Assembly (NCBI GenBank): GCA_034723395.1
Contig: JAYEOW010000006.1
Location: 1 to 52,604, forward strand
DNA length: 52,604 bases
Direction: 5' to 3'
Origin: Candidatus Margulisiibacteriota bacterium
GTDB lineage: Bacteria; Margulisbacteria; WOR-1; O2-12-FULL-45-9
The notes beneath the pieces were generated by a model, which had not been told where the DNA came from, made no database searches, and saw nothing but the letters and a program-made list of their open reading frames with translations. Both the position numbers and the translations under genes were made by a program. Numbering within the stretch: position 1 is the first letter of the stretch; each line of letters opens with the position of its first letter. Positions 38,175-48,364 of this stretch are shown here, piece by piece.

Positions 38175-39523
38175 TATATTTTACCCGCCGCATCCTGCGC
38201 CGCTAATACCAAAGGATACATGGTTGGTGGAGCGGTAAGATGAGGATGGGTCGCCATCTGCAGTGTTTCCAGTTCGGTGGCGGATACCCGCTGCTGGATC
38301 GCTAACCCGATAATATTAATAATTTCACCGGCAGAAATCCCCCCCGCCACCTGACCACCCAAAATGATGCCGGATTGTTTGGAGAAAATGAGTTTGAGTT
38401 TTATTTTTTTCGTTCCCGGCAAACTAGCCGGATGTTTATCTGGAACCTCACCCTTGCCTACCACAACTTCAAAATTTTCCTTTTTTGCGCTGGCTTCAGT
38501 CAAGCCGGCTGAACCCAGGACAAGGCCATCCACATAGGTAGAATATATGGCAATCGTCCCTTTATTCTCCCTAACCACTTTTAACTGATATAAATTCGAG
38601 CCTGCCACTCTGGCCTCCGCGGTTGCGGTGGAGGCAAGCATTACCGGCAAATTCTTGCGGGTAAAGAAATCTCTCTTGCCAACACAGTCGCCAACGGCAA
38701 AAACGTCCGGATCCGGAGTGCGCATATACTCATCTGCCCAGATTCCCTTTCCCCGTCCTAAATCTAAGCCGGCGTCCTGTGCCAACTTTGTATTGGGCAC
38801 TGCCCCAATGCCTAAAATAACCATATCTGCCGGAATACAGGTTTTATCAGACAAGCATACTTCAGAAACCTTATTTTCCCCCAAAATTTCTTCCACTTTT
38901 TTGCCAAACAGCAGGTTAACCCCCTTGGCCTTAAGTTTTTGTTCGACCATTTCTCCAAACTCAGGGTCAAAAGAATTCATAAGAAGGTGAGGGAACAGCT
39001 CGACCAAAAATACTTTCAGGCCTTTGATCTTTGACAATTCATCGGCAAACTCGATACCGATAAATCCTCCGCCAATTATAAGAACATTTTTAGTCCGAGA
39101 AATATCTTCTTTTAGGCCTTTCAGGTATCCCAAGTCCTTGTATATGGGATATACACCTTTTTTATCCAATCCTTTTATTGGAGGGATAACAGGGTCCGAG
39201 CCAACCGCCAGGATCAATTTTTGGTAAGTCATTTCTTGGCCATCTTTAGTACGGATCGATTTCCCCTTGCGGTCAATCTTAACCACTTCATCTACCATCA
39301 CCGGTATGTCATTCTTTTCTAGAGGAGCATTCCCTAAAGCGTTTTCCTCAGGCTTTTCTAAAGTCGCGAACATATAAGGGATCCCGCAGGGGATCACCCC
39401 TTTTCCGACACTTTTTATCAGGATTATTTTTTTGTCCGGGTAATACCGCCTCGCCGTAACCGCGCTAATTATTCCCGCCGGTCCCCCGCCAACCACAACT
39501 ATGTCAAATTTTTCCTTGTTCAT
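38174..39523 (-). CDS. FAD-dependent NADH oxidase / CoA-disulfide reductase family protein
   Basis: GGGPAG, single Cys PCGIPY, GGGFIGIE, FAVGDC. Confidence 0.92.
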   Translation of the reverse strand: MNKEKFDIVVVGGGPAGIISAVTARRYYPDKKIILIKSVGKGVIPCGIPYMFATLEKPEENALGNAPLEKNDIPVMVDEVVKIDRKGKSIRTKDGQEMTYQKLILAVGSDPVIPPIKGLDKKGVYPIYKDLGYLKGLKEDISRTKNVLIIGGGFIGIEFADELSKIKGLKVFLVELFPHLLMNSFDPEFGEMVEQKLKAKGVNLLFGKKVEEILGENKVSEVCLSDKTCIPADMVILGIGAVPNTKLAQDAGLDLGRGKGIWADEYMRTPDPDVFAVGDCVGKRDFFTRKNLPVMLASTATAEARVAGSNLYQLKVVRENKGTIAIYSTYVDGLVLGSAGLTEASAKKENFEVVVGKGEVPDKHPASLPGTKKIKLKLIFSKQSGIILGGQVAGGISAGEIINIIGLAIQQRVSATELETLQMATHPHLTAPPTMYPLVLAAQDAAGKI

Positions 39524-39537
39524 ATCTTTCCCCTTTC

Positions 39538-40248
39538 TTATGCTCCCCTGATCAGAGTGTTTGCCACATAAGGCCTGGCAGCCTCTACCATCTCATCGAG
39601 TTTTTCACGAAGATAAGGTTTGATCGATCGAAGCGATTCATCCCAGGTATGCTCCGCCACAAACTGCTGGAAAACAAATTTTTCGGCGCCGGCAATGTAC
39701 TTTGCAATATCTTCAATATCTTTGGTGTCGATCAGGGTCGGCACCACCGTGGTGCGAAACTCATAAGGAACACCGCTTTCCCTGATGATCTTAATGCTCT
39801 GCTCGATCTTGCTTAGATCTGTCTTTACCCCGGAGAGCTTATCATACCTTTCGTCCAGAGGACCCTTGATGTCCATCGCAATATAGTCGGCCAGCTTTTG
39901 GTCGATCACATCCTTCAGGCACTCCGGGTCGGTGCCATTGCTGTCAAACTTGACCTGGAATCCGAGCTCCCTGATATGCCGCAAAAATTCAAACAGCCCC
40001 CGTTTCTTGTGCATGCACGGCTCCCCCCCGGTCAGACAGATCCCATCCAAAAAATCTTTACGTTCGAGCATAAATTCCTCGATCTTTTCCAGCGGAATAA
40101 CTTCATAATCCTGGGGTTTTTCTACTAATCCGGAGTTATGGCAAAACGGGCAGCGAAAGTTGCACCCCGCAACGTATAAAGTTGAAACGATCTTCCCATC
40201 CCAATCGAGAAAAGACGATTCGACAAAACCCCTTACTTCCAAATCCAT
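39538..40248 (-). CDS. nrdG: Anaerobic RNR activating radical SAM enzyme
   Basis: GCNFRCPFCHN, TGGEP, YEFRTTV; near nrdD. Confidence 0.92.
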   Translation of the reverse strand: MDLEVRGFVESSFLDWDGKIVSTLYVAGCNFRCPFCHNSGLVEKPQDYEVIPLEKIEEFMLERKDFLDGICLTGGEPCMHKKRGLFEFLRHIRELGFQVKFDSNGTDPECLKDVIDQKLADYIAMDIKGPLDERYDKLSGVKTDLSKIEQSIKIIRESGVPYEFRTTVVPTLIDTKDIEDIAKYIAGAEKFVFQQFVAEHTWDESLRSIKPYLREKLDEMVEAARPYVANTLIRGA

Positions 40249-40354
40249 TATTTAAACTCCCTTAAAAAATCCACGGGCAAGACACCCATATATTAATTTA
40301 TAATGATACACCCTTACTCTTCCAATTGCACTACATCCTCACAAAATCCAAGTC

Positions 40355-40501
40355 TCATACCATCCCTCTCCCAGGCCCTCTGCCTGGACCTCTTCCCCTA
40401 TCAATTTCTACCTTATCATCTATCATCCTTATAGCATGAACAGGACAGGCTGGCATACAGACACCACAACCAATGCATTCTTCTTTTATAATCTTAACCA
40501 T
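40355..40501 (-). CDS. Truncated ferredoxin-like peptide (48 aa)
   Basis: MVKIIKEECIGCGVCMPACPVHAIRMIDDKVEIDRGRGPGRGPGRGMV*; GGAGG SD; below the ORF-track cutoff. Confidence 0.7.
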   Translation of the reverse strand: MVKIIKEECIGCGVCMPACPVHAIRMIDDKVEIDRGRGPGRGPGRGMV

Positions 40502-40521
40502 GTTTTCCCTCCATCTTTATA

Positions 40522-40731
40522 TTACTGCAATCCACATGTCCCTGTGGGACAAGAAGGAAAACTTCCTGAATCCGAAGTACTGGAATTCATAACCGAAACA
40601 GCGCTAAAACTTCGGGTAGTATTACCACTCTCACATAGAGGACAGTTTTGTTTCTCTCCTGATTTTGACATGGGCAGTTTTACCTCAAACTCTTTCCCGC
40701 AATCTTTACACTTAAATTCATAAATCGGCAT
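40522..40731 (-). CDS. FmdB-family zinc ribbon protein
   Basis: MPIYEFKCKDCG...CPLCES. Confidence 0.9.
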   Translation of the reverse strand: MPIYEFKCKDCGKEFEVKLPMSKSGEKQNCPLCESGNTTRSFSAVSVMNSSTSDSGSFPSCPTGTCGLQ

Positions 40732-41240
40732 TACTTCACCCCCTCGAGCATCTTTCTGTGACTTAAAAAAGGAATATAAGGAATATCCCTCTGGCTTACG
40801 AATCTTGCCTCTTTCAACTCGCTATTTACAGTAATATTCTCATGCAACACACCAACTATGTAGCCAATTACCAGGAGACTTCCGTATTTTGCGGTTCTTT
40901 GAACATAAACCCCTATCAGCCTTTTAATTTCTCCGTCTATCCCTGTTTCCTCTTTTAGTTCCCTCAAACAGGCGTCTTCAGAAGCCTCATCCCATTCAAC
41001 AAACCCTCCGGGTAAAGCCCACTTACCCTTTCCAGGCTCAAGGTTTCTTTTGGTTATGAGTACTTCTCCCTTTTTATTTATTGCTGCGCAAGCCACTACT
41101 GGCACAGGATTTTCATAATTTATCCAGCCACACTTCGGACAAGACTGCCTTTTCCGGCCGTCTATTTTGACCTGACGGAGAGACCCCTTACATAAAGGAC
41201 AAAATTTAAAAGGGCGCCTAATACTTTTAACTTTTACCAT
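40731..41240 (-). CDS. NUDIX hydrolase with N-terminal zinc ribbon
   Basis: FCPLC..CPKCG, PGGFVEWDEASEDACLRELKEETG. Confidence 0.92.
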   Translation of the reverse strand: MVKVKSIRRPFKFCPLCKGSLRQVKIDGRKRQSCPKCGWINYENPVPVVACAAINKKGEVLITKRNLEPGKGKWALPGGFVEWDEASEDACLRELKEETGIDGEIKRLIGVYVQRTAKYGSLLVIGYIVGVLHENITVNSELKEARFVSQRDIPYIPFLSHRKMLEGVK

Positions 41241-41497
41241 TTCCTTATTTCTCCCTCATATTCAGGAAAATATCTTTTAATAACCTTTAAGTTAAAACTT
41301 TCAAGGATCGATTCTTTTGGCTCTTTTCCCAACAGAAACCCAAAAGATTTTTTTATCAGCTCTTCTTTGGTTATTTTACCTCCGGTTAATTTTTGGTAAT
41401 ATTCATTATCCAGCTCCACATCGTGTTCTGTTTTGGAATTTCCCTCATCCACGATTACCGAAAAGATCGCTGCATCTTTTTTCTTAACTTTAATCAT
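41234..41497 (-). CDS. Conserved hypothetical protein
   Basis: Coupled ORF; SFGFLLGKEPKESIL..FNL..I.RYFPEYE. Confidence 0.75.
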   Translation of the reverse strand: MIKVKKKDAAIFSVIVDEGNSKTEHDVELDNEYYQKLTGGKITKEELIKKSFGFLLGKEPKESILESFNLKVIKRYFPEYEGEIRKW

Positions 41498-41844
41498 CCT
41501 TTATGCTCCCCTTTTATCAATGACAATCCCCTATCCTGGACGTAAAGGAGATCATTCTTAAGCGCAATTAGCGCCTTTTCTATTTCCTTCCCCAGATAAG
41601 CCGCATGGTCCAGCCTGGAGACCAATCCCCTCCCCACAATCTCCTGAATTATCTGGGGAGTGCTTACGCCTCCAAAGGTGTATTTGAGATTATTTTTTGG
41701 ATCATAATATCTCACAAAAACTTTATTGCGTGATGGAAATTTTTTTATAGTAAAATACCCTTTCGGGTCTGAAACCCATTTCACCTCCACATCAGAGGTG
41801 TCTATCGCATTATCGAGCTCTTTTGTTAACTCGTCTTCCTTCAC
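41494..41844 (-). CDS. DUF4346 domain protein
   Basis: DPKGYF, SRLDHAAYLGKE, YVQD. Confidence 0.85.
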   Translation of the reverse strand: MKEDELTKELDNAIDTSDVEVKWVSDPKGYFTIKKFPSRNKVFVRYYDPKNNLKYTFGGVSTPQIIQEIVGRGLVSRLDHAAYLGKEIEKALIALKNDLLYVQDRGLSLIKGEHKG

Positions 41845-41874
41845 TTTCTTTCGCCCCCTTGTGCTTTTATTGCC

Positions 41875-42372
41875 TTAATATTCATGCGGAATACCTTTAA
41901 TATGCAAAAGTAAATGTTCTCGATCGCTTCCTAAACCACTAATCCATCCATAGTTAGCGTCATTTTTAGAGTCCAGGTCTTTCACGTAAGGCTTGACATC
42001 TAAGAGAGGCGTATTATCAAACACGTCTAACCCTGAAGTGAATATTTCATTCTTAACTATCTTTTTTACGCGGACAATGCTAATACCTAAAGGATTTGGG
42101 CGGACCGGAGATCTGCTTGCAAACAAACCCACCTTTGTACCCGGAGTCCATGAAGGACTTACAACCATAGAAGGCCTGCGTCTAAGACGATCAATATAAT
42201 ATATCACGTAGATATAGCTGAAACTGTCGAGGGCAAAAAGCCCCCCTGTATATTTGCCGTCAAGCACAATACGGAAATCTCCTTTATCCTCATCTATGGG
42301 TTGGTAAGGCGCTTTGTCAATATACGGCGTCCGTATTAACCCGATTTGCTTAAGTTTAAAATTTATAGGCAT
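41875..42372 (-). CDS. TsaA/TrmO-like tRNA methyltransferase
   Basis: IGLIRTPY, GLFASRSPVRPNPLG, TPLLDVKPY. Confidence 0.88.
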   Translation of the reverse strand: MPINFKLKQIGLIRTPYIDKAPYQPIDEDKGDFRIVLDGKYTGGLFALDSFSYIYVIYYIDRLRRRPSMVVSPSWTPGTKVGLFASRSPVRPNPLGISIVRVKKIVKNEIFTSGLDVFDNTPLLDVKPYVKDLDSKNDANYGWISGLGSDREHLLLHIKGIPHEY

Positions 42373-42377
42373 ATTTA

Positions 42378-43265
42378 CTATACCCCAAAAACCTCCGAGC
42401 AAAGTTTTGCCCAGATCTGCTTAATATTTTCCAGCGCCTTGCCCTGGCCGTACTCAATTAATGATTGCTTTTTCATTTGGGCCAGGGTCACATTTTTATC
42501 ATAAGGAATAACACCCAAAAAATTGAATTGATACTCCCCGGTCAAGGACTTGATCTGCTCCGTGATCTCCCGGTTAAGATCGTGTTTATTTACAACTACC
42601 CCGCTCTTCACCCCAAAATGCCGCGTAACATCAAGGATTCTTTTAAGGTCATGTATTCCCGAAACTGTGGGCTCCGTGACAACCAGAGCGTAATCAACCC
42701 CGGTAAGCGAAGCGATTACCGGACATCCGGTCCCGGGCGCCCCATCAGCAATGATCTTGTTTAATCCCTCCGAAACCAGCGCGGCAGCCTTTTGCCTGAC
42801 TAAAGTAACCAGACGGCCGGAATTCTCTTCGGCAATACCAAGCTTGGCATGCGCCATAGGACCGAACCTGGTCTCAGAAACATACCATTCGCCATTAATG
42901 GCTGGTTTGGTTATTACCGCTGAATCCTTGCAGACCAGCTTGCAAACCCCACACCCCTCACAGGCCACCGGATCAATATAATATCTGCCATCCTTGATCT
43001 CAATTGCCGCAAAATGACAGGCCTCTTTACACTTACCACACTGAGTACACTTATCCTGGTCTATCTCCGCAACCACTCCGCCGCTGAAATCTCCCCGCTC
43101 CTTGATCTTTGGGCCTAAAACCAGATGCAGATCAGCCGCGTCAACATCCAGGTCGGAAATAACCGATCTTTTTGCCAGAGCCGCAAAACAAGCGGTGAGC
43201 GAGGTTTTTCCGGTTCCCCCCTTGCCGCTGATAACTACTATCTCTTTTTGTTTTTTTTCACCCAT
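42378..43265 (-). CDS. MinD-like P-loop ATPase with inserted ferredoxin domain
   Basis: SGKGGTGKT, CTQCGKC, CEGCGVC, DGAPGTGCPV. Confidence 0.92.
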   Translation of the reverse strand: MGEKKQKEIVVISGKGGTGKTSLTACFAALAKRSVISDLDVDAADLHLVLGPKIKERGDFSGGVVAEIDQDKCTQCGKCKEACHFAAIEIKDGRYYIDPVACEGCGVCKLVCKDSAVITKPAINGEWYVSETRFGPMAHAKLGIAEENSGRLVTLVRQKAAALVSEGLNKIIADGAPGTGCPVIASLTGVDYALVVTEPTVSGIHDLKRILDVTRHFGVKSGVVVNKHDLNREITEQIKSLTGEYQFNFLGVIPYDKNVTLAQMKKQSLIEYGQGKALENIKQIWAKLCSEVFGV

Positions 43266-44122
43266 TCCAATATCCTTTCTGCCAGGCCCTTAAAAAGCCG
43301 CGCGTATTGGGGAAGCTTATCAATAACTATATCTCCCACAGAATAAACCTCTGCTATTTTTCGGTCGTCTGGAATTTCGCCAATTATTTCAAGCCGGGCC
43401 TGGGCACAATATTTTTTCAGCTCATCATCCAGATATTCCGCGCGGTTGACCAGCACCACCGGCTCCTGTCCGATTTTCCGACACATCTCCACCGCCAGTT
43501 TAAGATCATTCACGCCAAATGGAGTAGGATCAGTAACCAAAACAACCAGGTCAACATTTTTTACAGTTTCAACTACCGGACAGGCTGTGCCGGGAGGAGA
43601 GTCATAAATAGTAATCCCTTCTCCGGAAAATTCTTTCACCTTTCTGATCAAACGAGGCGACATACCGCCTTCCGCAGTTTCCAGCAGGGCGTAGTGAAAA
43701 TCTACTGCGCCCCTGCTTTTACCATGCTTGATAACACCGATCTTTTTCTCTCCGGTAATAATGGCCCCGGCCGGACAAACGATCTCGCAGGCCCCGCACA
43801 CATGGCATAGTTCAGGGAAGAATAAAACTTTACCCCGGGCAACAGCAATGGCATTATAAGTACAAGCCTCGGCGCATTTTCCGCATTTAGTGCACTTCTC
43901 ATCGCTAACCCCTATTGGTGAGAGAATGGTGATATTTTCCTCTTTCTCTATTCTGGGCTTTAAAAAGAGATGCCCGTTGGGCTCTTCCACATCACAGTCA
44001 AGGTAAGTAACCGCCTGCCCCTGGCCCGCCAAGGTCGCGGCAATATTCGTCGCTACCATGGTTTTGCCGGTCCCGCCTTTACCGCTTGAAATCGCAATTT
44101 TTAACATAAGCCCTTTCTCCAA
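43238..44122 (-). CDS. MinD-like P-loop ATPase with inserted ferredoxin domain
   Basis: SGKGGTGKT, DCDVEEPN, CTKCGKC, CHVCGAC, DSPPGTACPV. Confidence 0.92.
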   Translation of the reverse strand: MEKGLMLKIAISSGKGGTGKTMVATNIAATLAGQGQAVTYLDCDVEEPNGHLFLKPRIEKEENITILSPIGVSDEKCTKCGKCAEACTYNAIAVARGKVLFFPELCHVCGACEIVCPAGAIITGEKKIGVIKHGKSRGAVDFHYALLETAEGGMSPRLIRKVKEFSGEGITIYDSPPGTACPVVETVKNVDLVVLVTDPTPFGVNDLKLAVEMCRKIGQEPVVLVNRAEYLDDELKKYCAQARLEIIGEIPDDRKIAEVYSVGDIVIDKLPQYARLFKGLAERILEWVKKNKKR

Positions 44123-44123
44123 T

Positions 44124-44837
44124 CTAAAGCTCTATGGTCATTCCCGCCTTAACATCAATAAAATCATTTTTATACTTATTTCTAAAGAGTTCTTCCGCCT
44201 TATCCCCACTGCAGTGGCTCGCGCCAACCTTTTCTACCCCCATTTCCCGAAATCCCTCGACCACTTTTTCTATAAAATCTTCGCCCTTATCATTGAGATG
44301 GAATCCGCCGAAGACCGAATAAATTTTCTCCCCGGGAAACCCTTCTTTTATTTTCCCCAATATTTTTAAGATCCCGGGGTGCGAGCAGCCGGTCATGACC
44401 GAGATTCCCCGGCCGGTTTTAACGACAAGGGATTGCTCCGGCATAGACAACCCCTTATATTCTCCCGCAATTTCTCCGGTGGTATAAACATCCGCATCGA
44501 TCCGCGTTATACCGTCTGCTTCTACCAATTCTCCCCCAAGCTCTTTGATCCTGTTTTTAAACTCATCCCCAAACCCGGGACAAACATAAACCTTAATTCC
44601 CGCCCTCCTCTTAAGGAGCTCCCAGAGCCCCCCAGTATGGTCCCAATGGTCGTGAGAAATGACCGCGGTATCCAGGTCGTTTATGCCAACGCTCATATTT
44701 TTCATATTTTTAAACAAAGGCTGGAATTTTTCTCCGGCATCAAACAAAATATGGCCATCAACCAGATAAGAGACCCCCCAACCGGCTAGAAGCTTGCTGC
44801 TTGTAGATTCTTTGTCATAAATAATCTTAATCTGCAT
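44124..44837 (-). CDS. MBL-fold metallo-hydrolase
   Basis: SHDHWDHTGG, TGCSHPG, GGFHL, SHCSG; start MQIKII at 44837. Confidence 0.9.
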   Translation of the reverse strand: MQIKIIYDKESTSSKLLAGWGVSYLVDGHILFDAGEKFQPLFKNMKNMSVGINDLDTAVISHDHWDHTGGLWELLKRRAGIKVYVCPGFGDEFKNRIKELGGELVEADGITRIDADVYTTGEIAGEYKGLSMPEQSLVVKTGRGISVMTGCSHPGILKILGKIKEGFPGEKIYSVFGGFHLNDKGEDFIEKVVEGFREMGVEKVGASHCSGDKAEELFRNKYKNDFIDVKAGMTIEL

Positions 44838-44839
44838 TT

Positions 44840-45622
44840 CTAAATCCCCCCAATCATTCTCAAAATACCCCCATGCATTTTCCCGTTTGAAGCTATATAC
44901 GCTCGGGTATGTAATCCCCATTTTCTGCCCTGGAAATCTGTAACCTTGCCCCCGGCTTCTTCAACCAGAAGAAGTCCTGCGGCAAAATCCCAGATTTTGT
45001 CATTAAATTCGATCTCCAAATCTGCTTTCCCTTCAGCAATATAAGAAAGACTTTGCGCAGTGGAACCAAACATGCGGATATTAAAAACTTTATCTACAGT
45101 TTTCGAAAGACCGGCAAGCATAGGCCTTTTATTCCCCCGAATACTACTATCATAAATCATAGTAGCCTGGCTCAAGCCCCTTTTGGAAACACTTATTCTT
45201 TTGCCGTTCCGGTAAGCCCCCCTGCCTTTCTGAGCATGATAAAGCTCCCTTGCCACAGGCAAATAAATAACCCCTATGACCACCTCATTTTCACATTGCA
45301 AAGCAATGGATGTTCCAAAAATATCTATGCCGCGAATATAATTGTGTGTCCCATCCAAAGGATCGATTATCCATCTAAATGCCGCATCAGAAAACTGAGG
45401 TTTACTTTCTTCGGAAAGGATCCTATCTTCGGGGAAATTTTTCTTAATCAAATCTATAATCAGCTTTTCCGCCTTTAAATCTATCGGGGTAACCAGGCTC
45501 CCATCTTCTTTGGTTGTAAATTTAATGGGGCTGCCAAAATTATCAATTAGCATCCCGCCTGTATCTTTGGCAGCCCGGATTGCTACATTTAATCTTTTAT
45601 CAATTTCCAATTCTGATTTCAT
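44840..45622 (-). CDS. Inositol monophosphatase family protein
   Basis: WIIDPLDGTHNY, WDFAAG. Confidence 0.93.
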   Translation of the reverse strand: MKSELEIDKRLNVAIRAAKDTGGMLIDNFGSPIKFTTKEDGSLVTPIDLKAEKLIIDLIKKNFPEDRILSEESKPQFSDAAFRWIIDPLDGTHNYIRGIDIFGTSIALQCENEVVIGVIYLPVARELYHAQKGRGAYRNGKRISVSKRGLSQATMIYDSSIRGNKRPMLAGLSKTVDKVFNIRMFGSTAQSLSYIAEGKADLEIEFNDKIWDFAAGLLLVEEAGGKVTDFQGRKWGLHTRAYIASNGKMHGGILRMIGGI

Positions 45623-46164
45623 AATATCCGTTCCGGAGATTCAACCCTTTCCGGCCTAAATTTGCCTTTGGCGAAGAACAGATAATTTATTCTAAATTTA
45701 AATCCCTTCCAAAAACTCAAATAATCAATAATTAACTTCCCTTTAAGATGGTCAATCTCATGCTGAATAACCCTGGCCAGCAATCTGGAAGCAGAAATCT
45801 CTACAAGCTTGCCTTTATCGTTTAAGCCTCTTACAACAATCTGATATGCTCTTTCTATTTCAACTTCAGCGCCAGGGATACTTAGACATCCTTCAAGCAA
45901 TTTATCTTTTCCATTTAATTCTAAAATCTCAGGATTAGCTAATTTAACAACGCCCTGGCCGATATCGGCGACAATGAGCTGTCTGGATATTCCTATCTGT
46001 GGAGCAGCGAGCCCGATCCCATTTGAAAGATGCATTATTTGAAGCATATTTTCAAAAAGTTTTTCCTCGTAAGCTGTTATTTTTTGAACTGATTTACACT
46101 TCTTTCTTAAAATGAATTTTGGATACTTTTTAACTTCTAAATTTTCCATAAAATAACCCATCAA
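45619..46164 (-). CDS. def: Peptide deformylase
   Basis: GIGLAAPQ, EGCLS, QHEIDHL. Confidence 0.95.
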   Translation of the reverse strand: MMGYFMENLEVKKYPKFILRKKCKSVQKITAYEEKLFENMLQIMHLSNGIGLAAPQIGISRQLIVADIGQGVVKLANPEILELNGKDKLLEGCLSIPGAEVEIERAYQIVVRGLNDKGKLVEISASRLLARVIQHEIDHLKGKLIIDYLSFWKGFKFRINYLFFAKGKFRPERVESPERIL

Positions 46165-46925
46165 GATGATTCTTTTGCGATTCTATTAAATGCCAAAGCA
46201 AAAACCCCAAAAATTAAAAGGGGAAGGACTATCCATTGTGATGGAGTAAGGCCCAACCAATGCATCGGACTATATCTTAAAAACTCAACCAGGAATCTGT
46301 AGACCGAGTAAAAAATAATCCCCCAAAAGAAAATATAACCGTCAAATTTTTTATGCGCATAGAGAAGCGCGAGAATCATAAAAGCCAGCAGCATACTCCC
46401 CGAAGAAAGCAGCTGGGTAGGATGGAGATATTTATCCGGAAAATAAGAATAGGCTAACGCACCAGGCGGGAATTTTATTCCATAAGGGAGATCGGTCGGA
46501 ACGCCAAAACAACAACCGTTTAAAAAACATCCGATCCTGCCAATAGCATATCCTAATGCTGCCCCGGGAGCTAGAATATCAAAAAGTTTAAGCAAGGGGA
46601 TCCCTTTCCTTTTTGCGTAGAAAACTACTGTAATTAGCGCCAGTAAAAAACCGCCAAGAAAAACCAGGCCGCCCTTTTGCACCATGAATATTTCAATAAG
46701 ATTGTTTTTATATTGATGCCATTGGCCAGCTACATAGAAAAAACGGGCACCAGCAATGGCAACGATAATCACATAAATAGCTAAATCTGGAATTACCTGT
46801 TCTTTAATTCCCGCCTTTTTGGCATAGTAGATGGAAACAAAAATTCCCACCAAAAAGGCAATTGCTACCATAACACCATAAGAATGTATGGAAAGCGGAC
46901 CAATTTTAAATAGAATTGGATACAT
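46161..46925 (-). CDS. lgt: Prolipoprotein diacylglyceryl transferase
   Basis: MYPILF, GARFFYV, IGRIGCFLNGCCFG, HPTQL, RFLVEFLR. Confidence 0.93.
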   Translation of the reverse strand: MYPILFKIGPLSIHSYGVMVAIAFLVGIFVSIYYAKKAGIKEQVIPDLAIYVIIVAIAGARFFYVAGQWHQYKNNLIEIFMVQKGGLVFLGGFLLALITVVFYAKRKGIPLLKLFDILAPGAALGYAIGRIGCFLNGCCFGVPTDLPYGIKFPPGALAYSYFPDKYLHPTQLLSSGSMLLAFMILALLYAHKKFDGYIFFWGIIFYSVYRFLVEFLRYSPMHWLGLTPSQWIVLPLLIFGVFALAFNRIAKESS

Positions 46926-46927
46926 GT

Positions 46928-47686
46928 TTATTCCCCCTCCGCGATAATTCTACGAACAATATTTTTCATTGCATCAGCAGCTCTTGATTCTTTCTTAATA
47001 AAAGGATTCCCATTATCTCCGAAGACAACGATCTGTGGATCAAGCGGGATTTGGCCTAAAAAGGGGACTTTCATCTCTTGTGCCACCTTTTCACCTCCAC
47101 CCCTTTTAAATAGATCGATTTCTCCGCCGCAATGCGGACAGGTAAAGCCGCTCATGTTTTCGATAATGCCCAAAACCGGAGTTTTGAGTTCCCTGGAAAA
47201 ATTTACAGCCTTTTTGGAATCCAAAACCGCAACCTCCTGGGGGGTGGTAACAATGATCACACCGTCAATTCCAGGGATAAGCTGGATTACCGATAGAGGT
47301 TCATCCCCTGTGCCGGGAGGAGAATCAATTATTAAATAATCCAATCCACCCCATTCCACATCTTCAACAAATTGCCTTATGGCTTTCATCTTAAGGGGGC
47401 CCCTCCAGATTACTGGTTCATCCTGCAAACCAAAGACCAGGGCAAGACTCACAAGTTTTAATTTTGGGTTTACTTCTATGGGAAGAATTTTATTCTCCTT
47501 TGACTCGAGTCTTTCCCCCTGAAAGCCGGTCATCTTTGGCAGGTTTGGACCATGCAAGTCCGCATCCAGCACACCAACACTCTTACCAACTTCACCTAAA
47601 CCATAAGCCAGGTTAAGGGCAATCGTGCTTTTCCCTACACCGCCCTTGTTGCTCATAACCATTATTTTGTGTTTTATGTTTTCCAT
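46928..47686 (-). CDS. Mrp/ApbC Fe-S carrier ATPase
   Basis: KGGVGKST, IWRGP, DSPPGTGD, ENMSGFTCPHC. Confidence 0.94.
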   Translation of the reverse strand: MENIKHKIMVMSNKGGVGKSTIALNLAYGLGEVGKSVGVLDADLHGPNLPKMTGFQGERLESKENKILPIEVNPKLKLVSLALVFGLQDEPVIWRGPLKMKAIRQFVEDVEWGGLDYLIIDSPPGTGDEPLSVIQLIPGIDGVIIVTTPQEVAVLDSKKAVNFSRELKTPVLGIIENMSGFTCPHCGGEIDLFKRGGGEKVAQEMKVPFLGQIPLDPQIVVFGDNGNPFIKKESRAADAMKNIVRRIIAEGE

Positions 47687-47701
47687 AGTAGCTATCTCCC
47701 C

Positions 47702-48361
47702 CTACCCATGCCCCCGCTCCCCAAATATCCTGGTGCCGATCCTCACCAAATTAGCCCCTTCTTCGATCGCGATCTTATAGGAGTTGGTCATCCCCATGGA
47801 AAGATACTTCATCTCAACCCCGGGGAAATTCAGGGCTTTTACTTTTTCAAAGATCCTTTTAGTTTCTACAAAATACCTCCTTGAATCCTCGGGATCGCCG
47901 AAGCGGGGCCCCATGGTCATTATCCCCATCACTTTTATGTCTTTAAATCCGGATATCTTTTTTATCAACCCCTCAGCATTTTCCGGAAAGACGCCAGATT
48001 TCTGATCTTCCCTGCCGCTGTTGATCTCAACTAAAACCGGCATGATCTTGCCGATTTGCCCGCATCTTTTATCGATTTCCTGAGCTATCTCATCAGAATC
48101 TACGGTTTCGATCAGATCAAATATTTCGACCGCCTTCTTTACTTTATTTTTCTGAAGATGGCCGATAAAGTGCCACCTGGCCTTTTTCCCGATTACTCCA
48201 AATGCCTTTACCGCCTCTTGAACATAATTTTCTCCAATAATCTTTACGCCGGCATCAACTGCTTCCTGGATCTCAGCCGGAGTCCGGGTTTTAGCTGCAG
48301 CGACCAATTCTACCCCCTCTGGTAGTTCAGTTAATATTTTCTGTACGTTTTCCTTGATCAT
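47702..48361 (-). CDS. yggS: PLP homeostasis protein YggS
   Basis: GENYVQE, HFIGHLQKNK, LSMGMT, VRIGTRIFG. Confidence 0.95.
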   Translation of the reverse strand: MIKENVQKILTELPEGVELVAAAKTRTPAEIQEAVDAGVKIIGENYVQEAVKAFGVIGKKARWHFIGHLQKNKVKKAVEIFDLIETVDSDEIAQEIDKRCGQIGKIMPVLVEINSGREDQKSGVFPENAEGLIKKISGFKDIKVMGIMTMGPRFGDPEDSRRYFVETKRIFEKVKALNFPGVEMKYLSMGMTNSYKIAIEEGANLVRIGTRIFGERGHG

Positions 48362-48364
48362 TAG

